Assembly: GCA_016213085.1 (NCBI GenBank)
Contig: JACRBU010000171.1
Location: 1 to 41,208, forward strand
Reading direction: 5' to 3'
DNA from: Coriobacteriales bacterium
GTDB lineage: Bacteria; Actinomycetota; Coriobacteriia; Anaerosomatales; JACRBU01
DNA length: 41,208 bases
Shown: positions 24,530 through 33,578 of the stretch, one piece after another
Layout: each line of letters starts with the position of its first letter
Position numbering within the stretch: position 1 is the first letter of the stretch
Translations under genes and position numbers: made by a program
The notes under the pieces: model-generated
The model's database searches: none
Told to the model about the DNA's origin: nothing
Seen by the model: only the letters and a program-made list of their open reading frames with translations

Positions 24530-26257
24530 ATGCCTGTGAACGATGTCGCGTACTTCATCGTCTACTTCGTCCTGCTCGTCGCTGCCGCCGTCCCGCTCGG
24601 CATCTACATGAAGCGGGTGTTCGAGGGTGAGCGCACGTTCGCTCATCCGGTGCTCGAGCCCGTCGAGCGCGTCGTCTATCGAGTGACCGGCGTCGATCCC
24701 GAAGGCGACATGAGCTGGACGGGCTACGCCGCCGCGCTGCTCGCCTTCACCATGGCATGCTTCGTCGTCCTTTTCGCGCTGCTGCGCTTGCAAGGGTTCC
24801 TCCCGCTGAATGCCGGGGGAGTCCCGGGGATGACGACGGCGCTCGCATTCAACACCGCCGTTTCGTTCGTCACCAACACGAACTGGCAGGCGTACGCAGG
24901 CGAGGCCAGTGCGAGCTATCTCACCCAGATGCTCGGTCTCACATGGCAGAACTTCGTTTCGGCAGCCGTGGGCATCAGTGTCGCCGTCGCGTTCGCGCGG
25001 GGCCTGACACGCTCTGTCTGCCGAGGAATCGGCAACTTCTGGGTCGACCTCGTACGGTCGCTGCTGTACGTGCTGATTCCGATCAGCCTGGTTCTTGCGC
25101 TGGTACTCGTGTCGCAGGGCGTCATTCAGAACGTGAGCCCGTTCACGTCGGTCACGACACTCGAGGGTGCGAGCCAGACGATCGCCCAGGGGCCCGTGGC
25201 CTCTCAAGAGGCGATCAAGGAACTCGGTACGAATGGCGGTGGTTTCTTCAACGCCAACTCCGCGCATCCGTACGAGAATCCGTCACCGCTGACGAACTTC
25301 CTCGAGACCTTCGCGATACTCGTGATTCCGGCGGGGCTGACGATGATGTTCGGCAAGATGGCCGGCAACATGCGGCAGGGGTGGGTGCTCCTCGCCGCGA
25401 TGTTCGTCCTGTTCGCGGTCGGCCTGACGGCGATCTACGGGCTCGAACGCGCGGGGAACCCCAATCTCGCTCGAGCCGGTGCGGACATCTCCGCCGCTGC
25501 GGACCGTCCGGGCGGCAACATGGAGGGCAAGGAGGTCCGATTCGGCCAGGCCGGGACCGCTCTGTTCGAGAACGCGACGACGGCTGCGTCCTGCGGGGCC
25601 GTGACGGCGAGCCACGACTCGATGACCCCGCTCGCGGGCGGAATGACGATGCTCAACATCGCGCTTGGCGAGGTCATCTTCGGCGGCGTGGGTGCGGGAC
25701 TGTACGGGATGCTGATCTTCGCCATCCTGTCGGTCTTCATCGCAGGGCTGATGGTCGGGCGCACGCCGGAGTACCTGGGCAAGAAGATCGGCCCCACGGA
25801 CATGAAGCTCGCGATGCTCGCGATACTTGCGCTCGAGGCAGGCATCCTCGTGATCGCGGGTATCTCGGCGGTCACGCCTTCGGCGGTGGCTTCGGTCCTC
25901 AACGCGGGGCCGCACGGGCTCACGGAGATCCTGTACGCCGCCACCTCGGCCGTGGGCAACAACGGCTCTGCCTTCGGAGGGCTGAGCGCCAACACGACCT
26001 TCTACAACGTCGCGCTCGGCATCGGCATGCTCATCGGGCGCTACCTCTTCATCGTGCCGGTTCTCGGCATCGCTGGTTCGATGGCGTGCAAGAAGGTAGC
26101 CCCGCCGACGTCCGGCACCTTCCCGACGGATGGGCCGCTGTTCACCGGTCTGCTCATCGGCGTGATCGTCATCGTCGGGGCGCTCACGTTCTTCCCTGTC
26201 TACGCCCTCGGGCCCATCGTCGAGCAGTTCATGATGAACGCCGGCACGCTGTTCTAG
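24530..26257 (+). CDS. kdpA: K+-transporting ATPase subunit KdpA
   Basis: The N-terminal 'PLGIYMKRVFEGERTF' and the internal 'FNTAVSFVTNTNWQAY', 'GTNGGGFFNANSAHPYENP' and 'AVGNNGSAFGGL' are selectivity-filter-like motifs. Confidence 0.95.
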   Translation: MPVNDVAYFIVYFVLLVAAAVPLGIYMKRVFEGERTFAHPVLEPVERVVYRVTGVDPEGDMSWTGYAAALLAFTMACFVVLFALLRLQGFLPLNAGGVPGMTTALAFNTAVSFVTNTNWQAYAGEASASYLTQMLGLTWQNFVSAAVGISVAVAFARGLTRSVCRGIGNFWVDLVRSLLYVLIPISLVLALVLVSQGVIQNVSPFTSVTTLEGASQTIAQGPVASQEAIKELGTNGGGFFNANSAHPYENPSPLTNFLETFAILVIPAGLTMMFGKMAGNMRQGWVLLAAMFVLFAVGLTAIYGLERAGNPNLARAGADISAAADRPGGNMEGKEVRFGQAGTALFENATTAASCGAVTASHDSMTPLAGGMTMLNIALGEVIFGGVGAGLYGMLIFAILSVFIAGLMVGRTPEYLGKKIGPTDMKLAMLAILALEAGILVIAGISAVTPSAVASVLNAGPHGLTEILYAATSAVGNNGSAFGGLSANTTFYNVALGIGMLIGRYLFIVPVLGIAGSMACKKVAPPTSGTFPTDGPLFTGLLIGVIVIVGALTFFPVYALGPIVEQFMMNAGTLF

Positions 26258-26266
26258 AGGAGCACG

Positions 26267-28339
26267 ATGTCTGACTCAAGCCTCACCGATGCTCACGAGA
26301 CCAAGTCGGGTCGGCCGAAAGGCCGGTCGGTACTGGACCCGCAGCTCATCGGGCGCGCCACTATCGACGCGCTCGCTAAGCTCGACCCTCGCGACCTGTA
26401 TCGAAACCCTGTCATGCTCGTCGTCGAGATCGGCTCCGTCATCACGTCCTTCTATGCGATCGGCGCGGTCGCTTCGGGCTCCAAGGACACCGCGTTCTTC
26501 GTGAGCATCGCGCTCTGGTTGTGGTTCACGGTGCTCTTCGCGAACTTCGCCGAAGCGATGGCCGAAGGTCGCGGCAAGGCCCAGGCCGACGCGCTGCGAT
26601 CGATGAAGACGGACACCATGGCCAACCTGATGGTCTCAGGCCACACCGAGACCGTGCCCGCGTCGCAGTTGCGCAAGGGCGACATCGTGGTTGTCGAAGC
26701 GGGCGAGGTGGTCCCGGGTGACGGCGACGTCATCCAGGGCATCGCGTCGGTCGACGAGTCCGCCATCACGGGTGAGTCCGCGCCGGTCATCCGCGAGAGC
26801 GGCGGCGATCGCTCGGCGGTCACCGGCGGCACCAAGGTGCTCTCCGACCGGATTGTGGTGCGCATCACGTCGGACCCCGGCTCGACGTTCCTCGACAAGA
26901 TGATCTCGTTGGTGGAAGGAGCAGCGCGCCAGAAGACGCCGAACGAGATCGCACTCGACATCCTGCTCATCGTGCTCACCATCATCTTCCTGCTCGTCAC
27001 GGTGAGCCTGCAGGCGTTCGCGGCGTACTCGAGCGCTACCGTGCAGGTAAGCGTCTTGATCGCCCTGCTCGTCTGCCTGATTCCGACCACCATCGGCGGG
27101 CTGCTCTCCGCCATCGGCATCGCCGGCATGGACCGCCTCGTTCAGCGCAACGTGCTCGCCATGTCCGGCCGAGCGGTTGAGGCGGCTGGGGACGTAGACA
27201 CACTGCTGCTCGACAAGACCGGCACCATCACCCTGGGCAACAGGCAGGCTGCGGAGTTCCTGCCGGTCCCTGGAGTCACCGAAGAGCAGGTCGCGGCGGC
27301 GGCCCAGCTCGCATCGCTCTCCGACGAGACCCCCGAGGGCCGCTCGATCGTCGTTCTGGCGAAGTCGTTCGGTATCCGTGAACGGCATCTCGATCCCGAG
27401 AGCACGACGTTCGTCCCCTTCACCGCGCAAACGCGCATGAGCGGCATCGACGTCGGCGGCGAGACGGTCCGTAAGGGCGCCACCGACGCCGTGAAGGCAT
27501 GGGTGGAGTCCCTCGGCGGTCAGACGCCGCCCGAGCTCGACGCGCTCGTGCGGGGCGTCTCCGAGAAAGGGGGCACGCCGCTCGTGGTTGCCGAGAACGC
27601 GCGGGCACTGGGCGTTATCCACCTGAAGGACGTCGTCAAGGGCGGCATCCGACAGCGTTTCGACCAGCTGCGTGCGATGGGCATTCGGACCGTCATGATC
27701 ACCGGCGACAACCCCGTGACCGCTTCAGTCATCGCCAAGGAGGCGGGGGTCGATGACTTCCTGGCCGAGGCGACGCCGGAGAACAAGATGGAGCTTATCC
27801 GCACCGAGCAGGGCAACGGGAAGCTCGTCGCGATGACCGGCGACGGGACGAACGACGCTCCCGCGCTGGCTCAGGCTGATGTTGGCGTCGCGATGAACAC
27901 GGGCACGAGCGCGGCGAAGGAAGCCGGCAACATGGTCGACCTCGATTCCGACCCGACGAAGCTCATCGAGATCGTGGCGATCGGCAAGCAGCTGCTCATG
28001 ACGCGCGGGTCGCTCACGACCTTCTCCATCGCCAACGACGTCGCGAAGTACTTCGCGATCATCCCAGCGATCTTCATGGTGGCGTTTCCTGAGCTTGGCG
28101 CGCTGAACGTCATGGGCCTCGGCTCCCCGCAGTCAGCCATCCTGAGTGCGGTCATCTTCAACGCGCTCATCATCGTGGCGCTGATCCCGCTGGCCCTGAA
28201 GGGCGTCGCCTACCGGCCGGTGGGCGCGGGGGCTCTGCTTCGGAGGAATCTGCTCGTGTACGGCCTCGGCGGAATCATCCTGCCGTTCATCGGCATCAAG
28301 GCCATAGACATGATCATCGTCGCACTCGGACTGGGTTAG
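26267..28339 (+). CDS. kdpB: K+-transporting ATPase catalytic subunit KdpB (P1A)
   Basis: The translation has '[11 protein letters not shown]', '[14 protein letters not shown]', '[10 protein letters not shown]' and '[17 protein letters not shown]'. Confidence 0.95.
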   Translation: MSDSSLTDAHETKSGRPKGRSVLDPQLIGRATIDALAKLDPRDLYRNPVMLVVEIGSVITSFYAIGAVASGSKDTAFFVSIALWLWFTVLFANFAEAMAEGRGKAQADALRSMKTDTMANLMVSGHTETVPASQLRKGDIVVVEAGEVVPGDGDVIQGIASVDESAITGESAPVIRESGGDRSAVTGGTKVLSDRIVVRITSDPGSTFLDKMISLVEGAARQKTPNEIALDILLIVLTIIFLLVTVSLQAFAAYSSATVQVSVLIALLVCLIPTTIGGLLSAIGIAGMDRLVQRNVLAMSGRAVEAAGDVDTLLLDKTGTITLGNRQAAEFLPVPGVTEEQVAAAAQLASLSDETPEGRSIVVLAKSFGIRERHLDPESTTFVPFTAQTRMSGIDVGGETVRKGATDAVKAWVESLGGQTPPELDALVRGVSEKGGTPLVVAENARALGVIHLKDVVKGGIRQRFDQLRAMGIRTVMITGDNPVTASVIAKEAGVDDFLAEATPENKMELIRTEQGNGKLVAMTGDGTNDAPALAQADVGVAMNTGTSAAKEAGNMVDLDSDPTKLIEIVAIGKQLLMTRGSLTTFSIANDVAKYFAIIPAIFMVAFPELGALNVMGLGSPQSAILSAVIFNALIIVALIPLALKGVAYRPVGAGALLRRNLLVYGLGGIILPFIGIKAIDMIIVALGLG

Positions 28340-28349
28340 GGAGCCGCTC

Positions 28350-28919
28350 GTGAAGCGCGCGTTCATCGTCTCCATCCGCATGGCATTCGTGACGCTGCTC
28401 GTGACGGGCGTCGTGTATCCGCTGGTCGTGACTGGGATCGCGGCGGTCGCCTTCCCGAGGCAAGCCGCGGGGAGCCTCATCGAGCGCGACGGCAAGATCG
28501 TCGGGTCCACCCTGATCGGTCAGGCCTTCTCGTCGGACCGCTACTTCCACCCGAGGCCTTCGGCGGCCGACTACGACGGCACCGCGTCCGGTCCCTCGAA
28601 CCTCGGCCCCACCAGCAAGAGACTCGCTGGGGACGTCTCAACGCGCGTCGACGAAGTCGTGGAGGCCAACCCGGGCGCCTCGAAGAGCGCCGTGCCCGTC
28701 GATCTCGTCACGGCTTCGGCGAGCGGGCTCGATCCGCACGTCTCGCCGGCTTCAGCGAAGCTGCAGGTCGCACGCGTGGCGAGCGCGCGAGGACTCACGG
28801 CCGAGCAGGTGCTGGGGCTCGTCGAGGAGCATACTGAGGGCCGACAACTCGGCCTGCTGGGAGAGCCCAGGGTCAACGTGCTCGAACTGAACATTGCACT
28901 GGACGAGTTCGGCAAGTAG
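28350..28919 (+). CDS. kdpC: K+-transporting ATPase subunit KdpC
   Basis: It has an N-terminal TM helix, then 'FHPRPSAA', 'ASGLDPHVSPASA' and 'RVNVLELNIALD'. Confidence 0.9.
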   Translation: MKRAFIVSIRMAFVTLLVTGVVYPLVVTGIAAVAFPRQAAGSLIERDGKIVGSTLIGQAFSSDRYFHPRPSAADYDGTASGPSNLGPTSKRLAGDVSTRVDEVVEANPGASKSAVPVDLVTASASGLDPHVSPASAKLQVARVASARGLTAEQVLGLVEEHTEGRQLGLLGEPRVNVLELNIALDEFGK

Positions 28920-28935
28920 CGCGAGGGAGGCGGAC

Positions 28936-30096
28936 ATGGCCGACGGGCAGGCGAACGACGACACGCAGAAGACGGGTCCGGTGGCCGGCGAGAAGAAGCG
29001 CGGCAGCCACAAGATCTTCCTCGGCTACGCGGCCGGCGTCGGCAAGACCTACACAATGCTCGCCGAGGCCCAGCGCCGCTACTCGCGCGGCGAAGACCTC
29101 GTCATCGGCTTCGTCGAACCGCACAAGCGTCCGGAGACCATGGCGCTCATGGAGGGCCTCGAGAGGGTCCCCACAAAGAAGGTCCCGTACCGGGGGACGG
29201 AGTTCGAGGAGCTCGATACGGATGCCGTGCTGGCGCGCAAGCCGGCGTGGGTACTCGTCGACGAGCTGGCCCACACCAACGTTCCCGGAACGCGTCACCA
29301 GAAGCGCTGGCAGTCCGTCGACGAGCTGCTCGACGCCGGCATCAACGTCATCTCCACCGTCAACGTCCAGCACTTCGAAAGCCTCAACGACGTGGTCGCG
29401 CAGATCACGGGCATCCGTGTCCGAGAGACCATCCCCGACCGCGTGCTGGACGAGGCCGACGAGGTCGTGCTCGTCGACATCACGCCCGAGGCGCTCATCA
29501 ACCGCCTCAAGCGCGGAGCGATCTACCAGCCGGACAAGGTCGATCAGGCGCTCACGCACTTCTTCCGCAAGGGCAACCTCGTTGCCCTTCGCGAGCTCTC
29601 GTTGCGCAAGACGACCGAGGAGGTCGACGAGGAGCTCGAACGCTTCATCGCAACGCATGACGTCGACAAGACGTGGGGTGTGCACGATCGCGTGCTCGTC
29701 CCGGTCACCGCACGACCCGCGAGCATGAAGCTCGTCAGGCGCGGCTACCAGCTCTCGCACCGGCTCGACGGCGACCTGTGGGTCATCCACGTGCGGCCGC
29801 CCGCCATGCTGCTCGGAGCGGCTGAGGAGCAAGCACTCGAGCAGCTCCGCAACCTGACGCGGGAGTTCGGGGGCCACTTCGTCGAACTGACCGGCGACAA
29901 TATCGCCACCGAGATCATCGAGTTCGCGCGGACGCACCAGGTCACGTTCATCGTGATGGGCCAGTCGGTGCGTAGCCGCTGGGACGAGATCCTCCACGGC
30001 TCGATCGTCACGAAGATCAGCCGCGAGACGCGCAATATCGACGTCGTGATCGTCGCCGGCGAAGACCACGTCACCGCGGAGTCGATGCCGACCTAG
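28936..30096 (+). CDS. Stand-alone KdpD N-terminal sensor domain plus Usp domain protein
   Basis: ATG 28936 follows GAGGGAGG. 'KIFLGYAAGVGKTYTML' is a Walker-A-like motif of the KdpD N-domain, followed by 'VDELAHTN' and 'GINVISTVNVQHFESLND'. The C-terminal Usp-like segment runs 'RVLVPVTARP...FIVMGQS...'. There is no TM or kinase part. Confidence 0.85.
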   Translation: MADGQANDDTQKTGPVAGEKKRGSHKIFLGYAAGVGKTYTMLAEAQRRYSRGEDLVIGFVEPHKRPETMALMEGLERVPTKKVPYRGTEFEELDTDAVLARKPAWVLVDELAHTNVPGTRHQKRWQSVDELLDAGINVISTVNVQHFESLNDVVAQITGIRVRETIPDRVLDEADEVVLVDITPEALINRLKRGAIYQPDKVDQALTHFFRKGNLVALRELSLRKTTEEVDEELERFIATHDVDKTWGVHDRVLVPVTARPASMKLVRRGYQLSHRLDGDLWVIHVRPPAMLLGAAEEQALEQLRNLTREFGGHFVELTGDNIATEIIEFARTHQVTFIVMGQSVRSRWDEILHGSIVTKISRETRNIDVVIVAGEDHVTAESMPT

Positions 30097-30185
30097 CTCG
30101 AAGCGCCGTTGGACGTGCCGGGTCGCATGGCACGGATCTTCGGGAGATCGGACGGCAGGTCCTTGCGGACGGTGGACAGGAGCAC

Positions 30186-30458
30186 CTAGCGGACAACAGC
30201 GAAGTAGCCGTGCGTGATCCTGTCTCTCATCCCGATGATGCCGGTCCAGTCGAGTTCGGGGTGTGATTCCCTGAACGCCGCTGGCAGATGCTTCGCGGCC
30301 TCACCCATGACCATGAGTTGGTACAGTACGTCGCCGTACTGAGGACCTCGCTCGTCGAAGATCTCCCGGTCAGTCGCGTGTGCTGTCTGGATGACGAGGT
30401 GTTCGGCGGCCTTGAGCATGTCGTCCAGGTAGTCCTGCCACTCACGCTCTCCAGGCAT
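30186..30458 (-). CDS. hepT: HepT (DUF86/HEPN) RNase toxin of a type VII toxin-antitoxin (TA) pair
   Basis: The product is 90 aa. It has the HEPN Rx4HxY motif in 'GMRDRITHGYF'. Its start lies inside the 3' end of the MNT gene (a 17-nt overlap). Confidence 0.8.
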   Translation of the reverse strand: MPGEREWQDYLDDMLKAAEHLVIQTAHATDREIFDERGPQYGDVLYQLMVMGEAAKHLPAAFRESHPELDWTGIIGMRDRITHGYFAVVR

Positions 30459-31005
30459 CCACAAGCTCCTTCGCCACGCGCGAACGGATTCTTGGTCGCA
30501 GGCTCTCAAGCGAGCCCGTGTCCGCCTTGCGTCCGAGGATGGCGTTGAGTTCCCGCTCGGCACCGAAGACGTTCTGGCGCGTCGATCGTTTGAGCTCGAC
30601 GATGAGGTCGACGTCGCTCTCCGCGGTTTGCTCCCCCCGCGCGAAGGAGCCGAACACCGCGATCCTCGTGATTCCGAACTTCGTCTGGAGTTCGAGCGCG
30701 TGCTCGCGGATGCGGGCTATCACCTCGCCGAGGTCGCGCACGGGTCGTGACTGGTAGGCGACCGTGCCATAGCCCGCGGCGCTCTCGGCCGCCAGTGACG
30801 TCCATCGCTCGGGCACGTCATCGATTCCGAGAGCCTCGGCAACCGCTGCCACCCGTTCGAGCGATGTGGTGCGGTAGGCGACAGACTCCCAACGCTGTAT
30901 CTGCTGACGCGTCAACCCCAGCCGAGCGGCGAGCTCCGCCTGGGAAAGGCCGTGCGCTCGACGTATCTGCACGAGTGCTGGTCCGATGTCAGCTACGGTT
31001 CTCAT
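30442..31005 (-). CDS. mntA: MNT-type nucleotidyltransferase antitoxin fused to an N-terminal XRE-family HTH
   Basis: The N-terminal 'IRRAHGLSQAELAARLGLTRQQIQRWES' is an XRE HTH. The C-terminal 'IAVFGSFARGEQTAESDVDLIVEL' is the GSx(n)DxD minimal nucleotidyltransferase motif. Confidence 0.8.
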   Translation of the reverse strand: MRTVADIGPALVQIRRAHGLSQAELAARLGLTRQQIQRWESVAYRTTSLERVAAVAEALGIDDVPERWTSLAAESAAGYGTVAYQSRPVRDLGEVIARIREHALELQTKFGITRIAVFGSFARGEQTAESDVDLIVELKRSTRQNVFGAERELNAILGRKADTGSLESLRPRIRSRVAKELVDAWRA

Positions 31006-31018
31006 ACGGTTGATTGTG

Positions 31019-31056
31019 CAACAGATAAGGTGTCAGAAGCAACATATATATTGTCA
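31019..31056. promoter_or_regulatory. Two 17-bp direct repeats, CAACA-N7-TGTCA (31019..31035 and 31040..31056), in an AT-rich patch upstream of the TA operon; candidate operator/promoter
   Basis: The repeats are caacagataaggtgtca and caacatatatattgtca. Their starts are 21 bp apart and they lie 14-51 nt upstream of the MNT start codon. This is the most AT-rich stretch I saw in the window. Confidence 0.35.
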
Positions 31057-31117
31057 TCGAGAAGAGAGCTTGCGCGCCGTGCAGCTTGTCTCCACGGCAC
31101 TCAGGTCGCGCGCTCCC

Positions 31118-31134
31118 GCTTCGCATACAATGAC
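31118..31134 (+). promoter_or_regulatory. Candidate promoter, GCTTCG-N2-TACAATGAC (-10 TACAAT at 31126-31131), upstream of purL
   Basis: It has the same 17-nt pattern as the site upstream of purC and lies 42 nt before the purL ATG. Confidence 0.4.
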
Positions 31135-31172
31135 GACGTCGCCGTAGCTTCGTGCCGTGAGGAGCCGCCCGC

Positions 31173-33428
31173 ATGGTTGAGACGCTCGCCCCAGAGCTCG
31201 CCCCCCAACTCGCTGAAGAACTCGGACTCACCATCCCTGAGTACGAGAAGATCTGCGAGATCCTGGAACGGAGGCCGAGTCTGACCGAGCTCTACATGTA
31301 CTCGCTGATGTGGTCTGAGCACTGCTCCTACAAGCATTCAAAGACCGCGCTGCGCATGTTCCCCACCGAGGGCGAGTACGTTCTTCAGGGGCCCGGAGAG
31401 AACGCCGGCGTCATCGGCGTGGGCGATGGTTGGGCGGTCGCCTTCAAGATGGAATCACACAACCATCCCTCGGCTATCGAGCCGTATCAGGGGGCGGCGA
31501 CCGGTGTGGGCGGCATCATCCGAGACATCTTCACGATGGGCGCGCGCCCGATCGCCTCGCTCGACTCGCTGCGGTTCGGCACGCTCGACAAGCCGAGGCA
31601 GCGCTATCTCTTCGAGGGCTCGGTCGCCGGCATCGGCGGGTACGGCAACTGCCTCGGCGTGCCGACGGTCGGCGGCGAGGTCTACTTCGACGAGGCCTAC
31701 GAGGGCAACTGCCTCATCAACGCGATGTCGATCGGCCTCATGCGCGAGGAGAACCTCACGCTCGCGGTCGCCGCCGGCCCGGGCAACCTCGTGCTGCTCA
31801 TCGGCTCGACGACCGGACGCGATGGGATCGGCGGCGCGTCGGTGCTCGCGAGCCAGGAGTTCGACGAGCGTGCCGAGGACAAGCGCCCGAGCGTCCAGGT
31901 CGGCGACCCGTTCGAAGAGAAGCTCCTCATCGAGGCGTGCCTCGAGCTGCTCGACCAGAAGCTGCTCGTCGGCCTCGGTGACTGCGGTGCCGCGGGCCTC
32001 ACGAGCTCGGCGAGCGAGATGGCGAGCCGAGGCGGGGTCGGCCTCGACATCGACGCCTGCAAGGTGCCGCAGCGCGAGGAGAACATGAAGCCGTTCGAGA
32101 TCATGGTCTCCGAGTCCCAGGAGCGCATGGTCGCCGTCGTGACGCCTCAGAATCTCGACGCCGCCCACGCGGTCTGCGAGAAGTGGGGCCTGCGCTCGAC
32201 GGTCATCGGCACGGTCACCGATACCGGGCGCTTCGTCGTTCGCGAGGGCGAGACGATCGTCGCCGACATGCCGGCACATTCGCTCGCGAGCGAAGCTCCC
32301 GTCTACCACCCGGACAAGGAGCGCCCCGCGTACCTCGACGAGGTCCAGGCCTTCGATCCGATGTCACTCGAGATGCCGAACGATGCCGCCGCGCTGACCG
32401 ACACGCTTCTCGGGATCCTCGCGAGCCCGAACATCGCCTCGCGCCACTGGATCTGGGAGCAGTACGACCACCAGGTCATGCTGAACACGGTGCTCCTGCC
32501 CGGGTGCGACGCGGCGGTGCTGCGCATCAAGGGCACCAAGCGCGCCATCGCCGCGTCGAGCGACTGCAACGGCCGCTACTGCTACCTCGACCCCTACGTC
32601 GGCGCCCAGATCGCACTGGCCGAAGCCGCGCGCAACGTGGCAGCGACCGGTGGAACGCCGGCGGCGATCACCGACTGCCTGAACTTCGGCAATCCCGAGA
32701 AGCCGGACGTCTACTGGACGTTCTATGAGGCGGTTCGCGGCATGGCCGACGCCTGCAAGGAATGGGGCATCCCGGTCATCAGCGGCAACGTGAGCTTCTA
32801 CAACGAGAGCTTCGGCCAGGCGATCTACCCGACGCCGACGGTTGGGCTTGTCGGTGTGCTCGAGGACGTCGACAAGCACGCGACGTGCGGGTTCAAGCAG
32901 GAGGGCGACGTCATCATCCTCGTCGGCGAGACCTATCCTGAGCTCGGCGGGAGCGAGTGGCTCAAGCTGGAGCACGGCAAGGTGCTCGGCAAGGCACCGG
33001 CTCTCGACCTCTCGCTCGAGCGGGCGGTGCAGCAGGTGGTCATCAAGGGCATCGGCCTGGGCTACGTGCAGAGCGCCCACGACTGCTCGGAAGGTGGCGT
33101 CGCGGTCACGCTCGCTGAAAGCTGCCTCGCCGGCGAGATCGGTGCCGAGGTCGCGCTCGACGACGACCTGCATCCGGTCGCATCGCTGTTCAGCGAGTCG
33201 CAGAGCCGCATCGTCGTGAGCGTCGCCGAAGAGGACGCGCAGGCGTTCGTCGACCTCATGCTCGACGCCGACGTCCCGTACAGCGTGATCGGCACCGTCG
33301 GCGGTGCGAGCCTCACGATCGAGAACAAGATCTGCGTCTCGCTCGAGGACATGCGCGACGCCTACGTGCCTGCTCTCGAGAATGCCGTCGCCGGGCAGCT
33401 CCAAGCCGAGGAGCTCTACGAGGGCTAG
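31173..33428 (+). CDS. purL: FGAM synthase large subunit PurL
   Basis: The translation has 'MWSEHCSYKHSK', 'ESHNHPSAIEPYQGAATGVGGIIRD' and 'VQVGDPFEEK'. Confidence 0.95.
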   Translation: MVETLAPELAPQLAEELGLTIPEYEKICEILERRPSLTELYMYSLMWSEHCSYKHSKTALRMFPTEGEYVLQGPGENAGVIGVGDGWAVAFKMESHNHPSAIEPYQGAATGVGGIIRDIFTMGARPIASLDSLRFGTLDKPRQRYLFEGSVAGIGGYGNCLGVPTVGGEVYFDEAYEGNCLINAMSIGLMREENLTLAVAAGPGNLVLLIGSTTGRDGIGGASVLASQEFDERAEDKRPSVQVGDPFEEKLLIEACLELLDQKLLVGLGDCGAAGLTSSASEMASRGGVGLDIDACKVPQREENMKPFEIMVSESQERMVAVVTPQNLDAAHAVCEKWGLRSTVIGTVTDTGRFVVREGETIVADMPAHSLASEAPVYHPDKERPAYLDEVQAFDPMSLEMPNDAAALTDTLLGILASPNIASRHWIWEQYDHQVMLNTVLLPGCDAAVLRIKGTKRAIAASSDCNGRYCYLDPYVGAQIALAEAARNVAATGGTPAAITDCLNFGNPEKPDVYWTFYEAVRGMADACKEWGIPVISGNVSFYNESFGQAIYPTPTVGLVGVLEDVDKHATCGFKQEGDVIILVGETYPELGGSEWLKLEHGKVLGKAPALDLSLERAVQQVVIKGIGLGYVQSAHDCSEGGVAVTLAESCLAGEIGAEVALDDDLHPVASLFSESQSRIVVSVAEEDAQAFVDLMLDADVPYSVIGTVGGASLTIENKICVSLEDMRDAYVPALENAVAGQLQAEELYEG

Positions 33429-33478
33429 CACGTCCGGTCCTCGGTGGCCTGCCGAGAGAGCCCTCCCTCAATGACACG

Positions 33479-33504
33479 AGAGGCCCCTTCGCGGGGCCTC
33501 TTTG
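33479..33504 (+). terminator. Intrinsic terminator-like hairpin after purL (agaggcccc-ttcgc-ggggcctct + ttg)
   Basis: A 9-bp GC-rich perfect stem with a 5-nt loop and a short T-run lies 51 nt after the purL stop. Confidence 0.55.
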
Positions 33505-33578
33505 CCGCTCACGCCCATTTCCTACTTGCGCAAACCTGCTGGCAGGAGTAATGAGGAGAGGGGGAGGAAGGGAGTGCC

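Noticed and set aside
24757-26274. 505-aa alternate-frame ORF inside kdpA
   Set aside because: It is on the same strand as kdpA but in a different frame. KdpA motifs are in the 24530 frame, and the alternate translation is an Arg/Gly/Asp-rich artefact.
28873-30069. 398-aa minus-strand ORF opposite the KdpD-N/Usp gene. The same reasoning covers 35970..37208(-), 37418..38764(-), 31455..32309(-) and 32364..33431(-)
   Set aside because: Each is a mirror-frame ORF of a confidently identified plus-strand gene (kdpD-N, purF, purM, purL). None has its own motifs or an SD sequence.
15366-31172. Considered calling the K+/TA block a genomic island or mobile element
   Set aside because: No integrase, transposase, tRNA attachment site or terminal repeats are visible, and the composition looks similar to the flanks by eye. 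It is reported only as an operon interruption.
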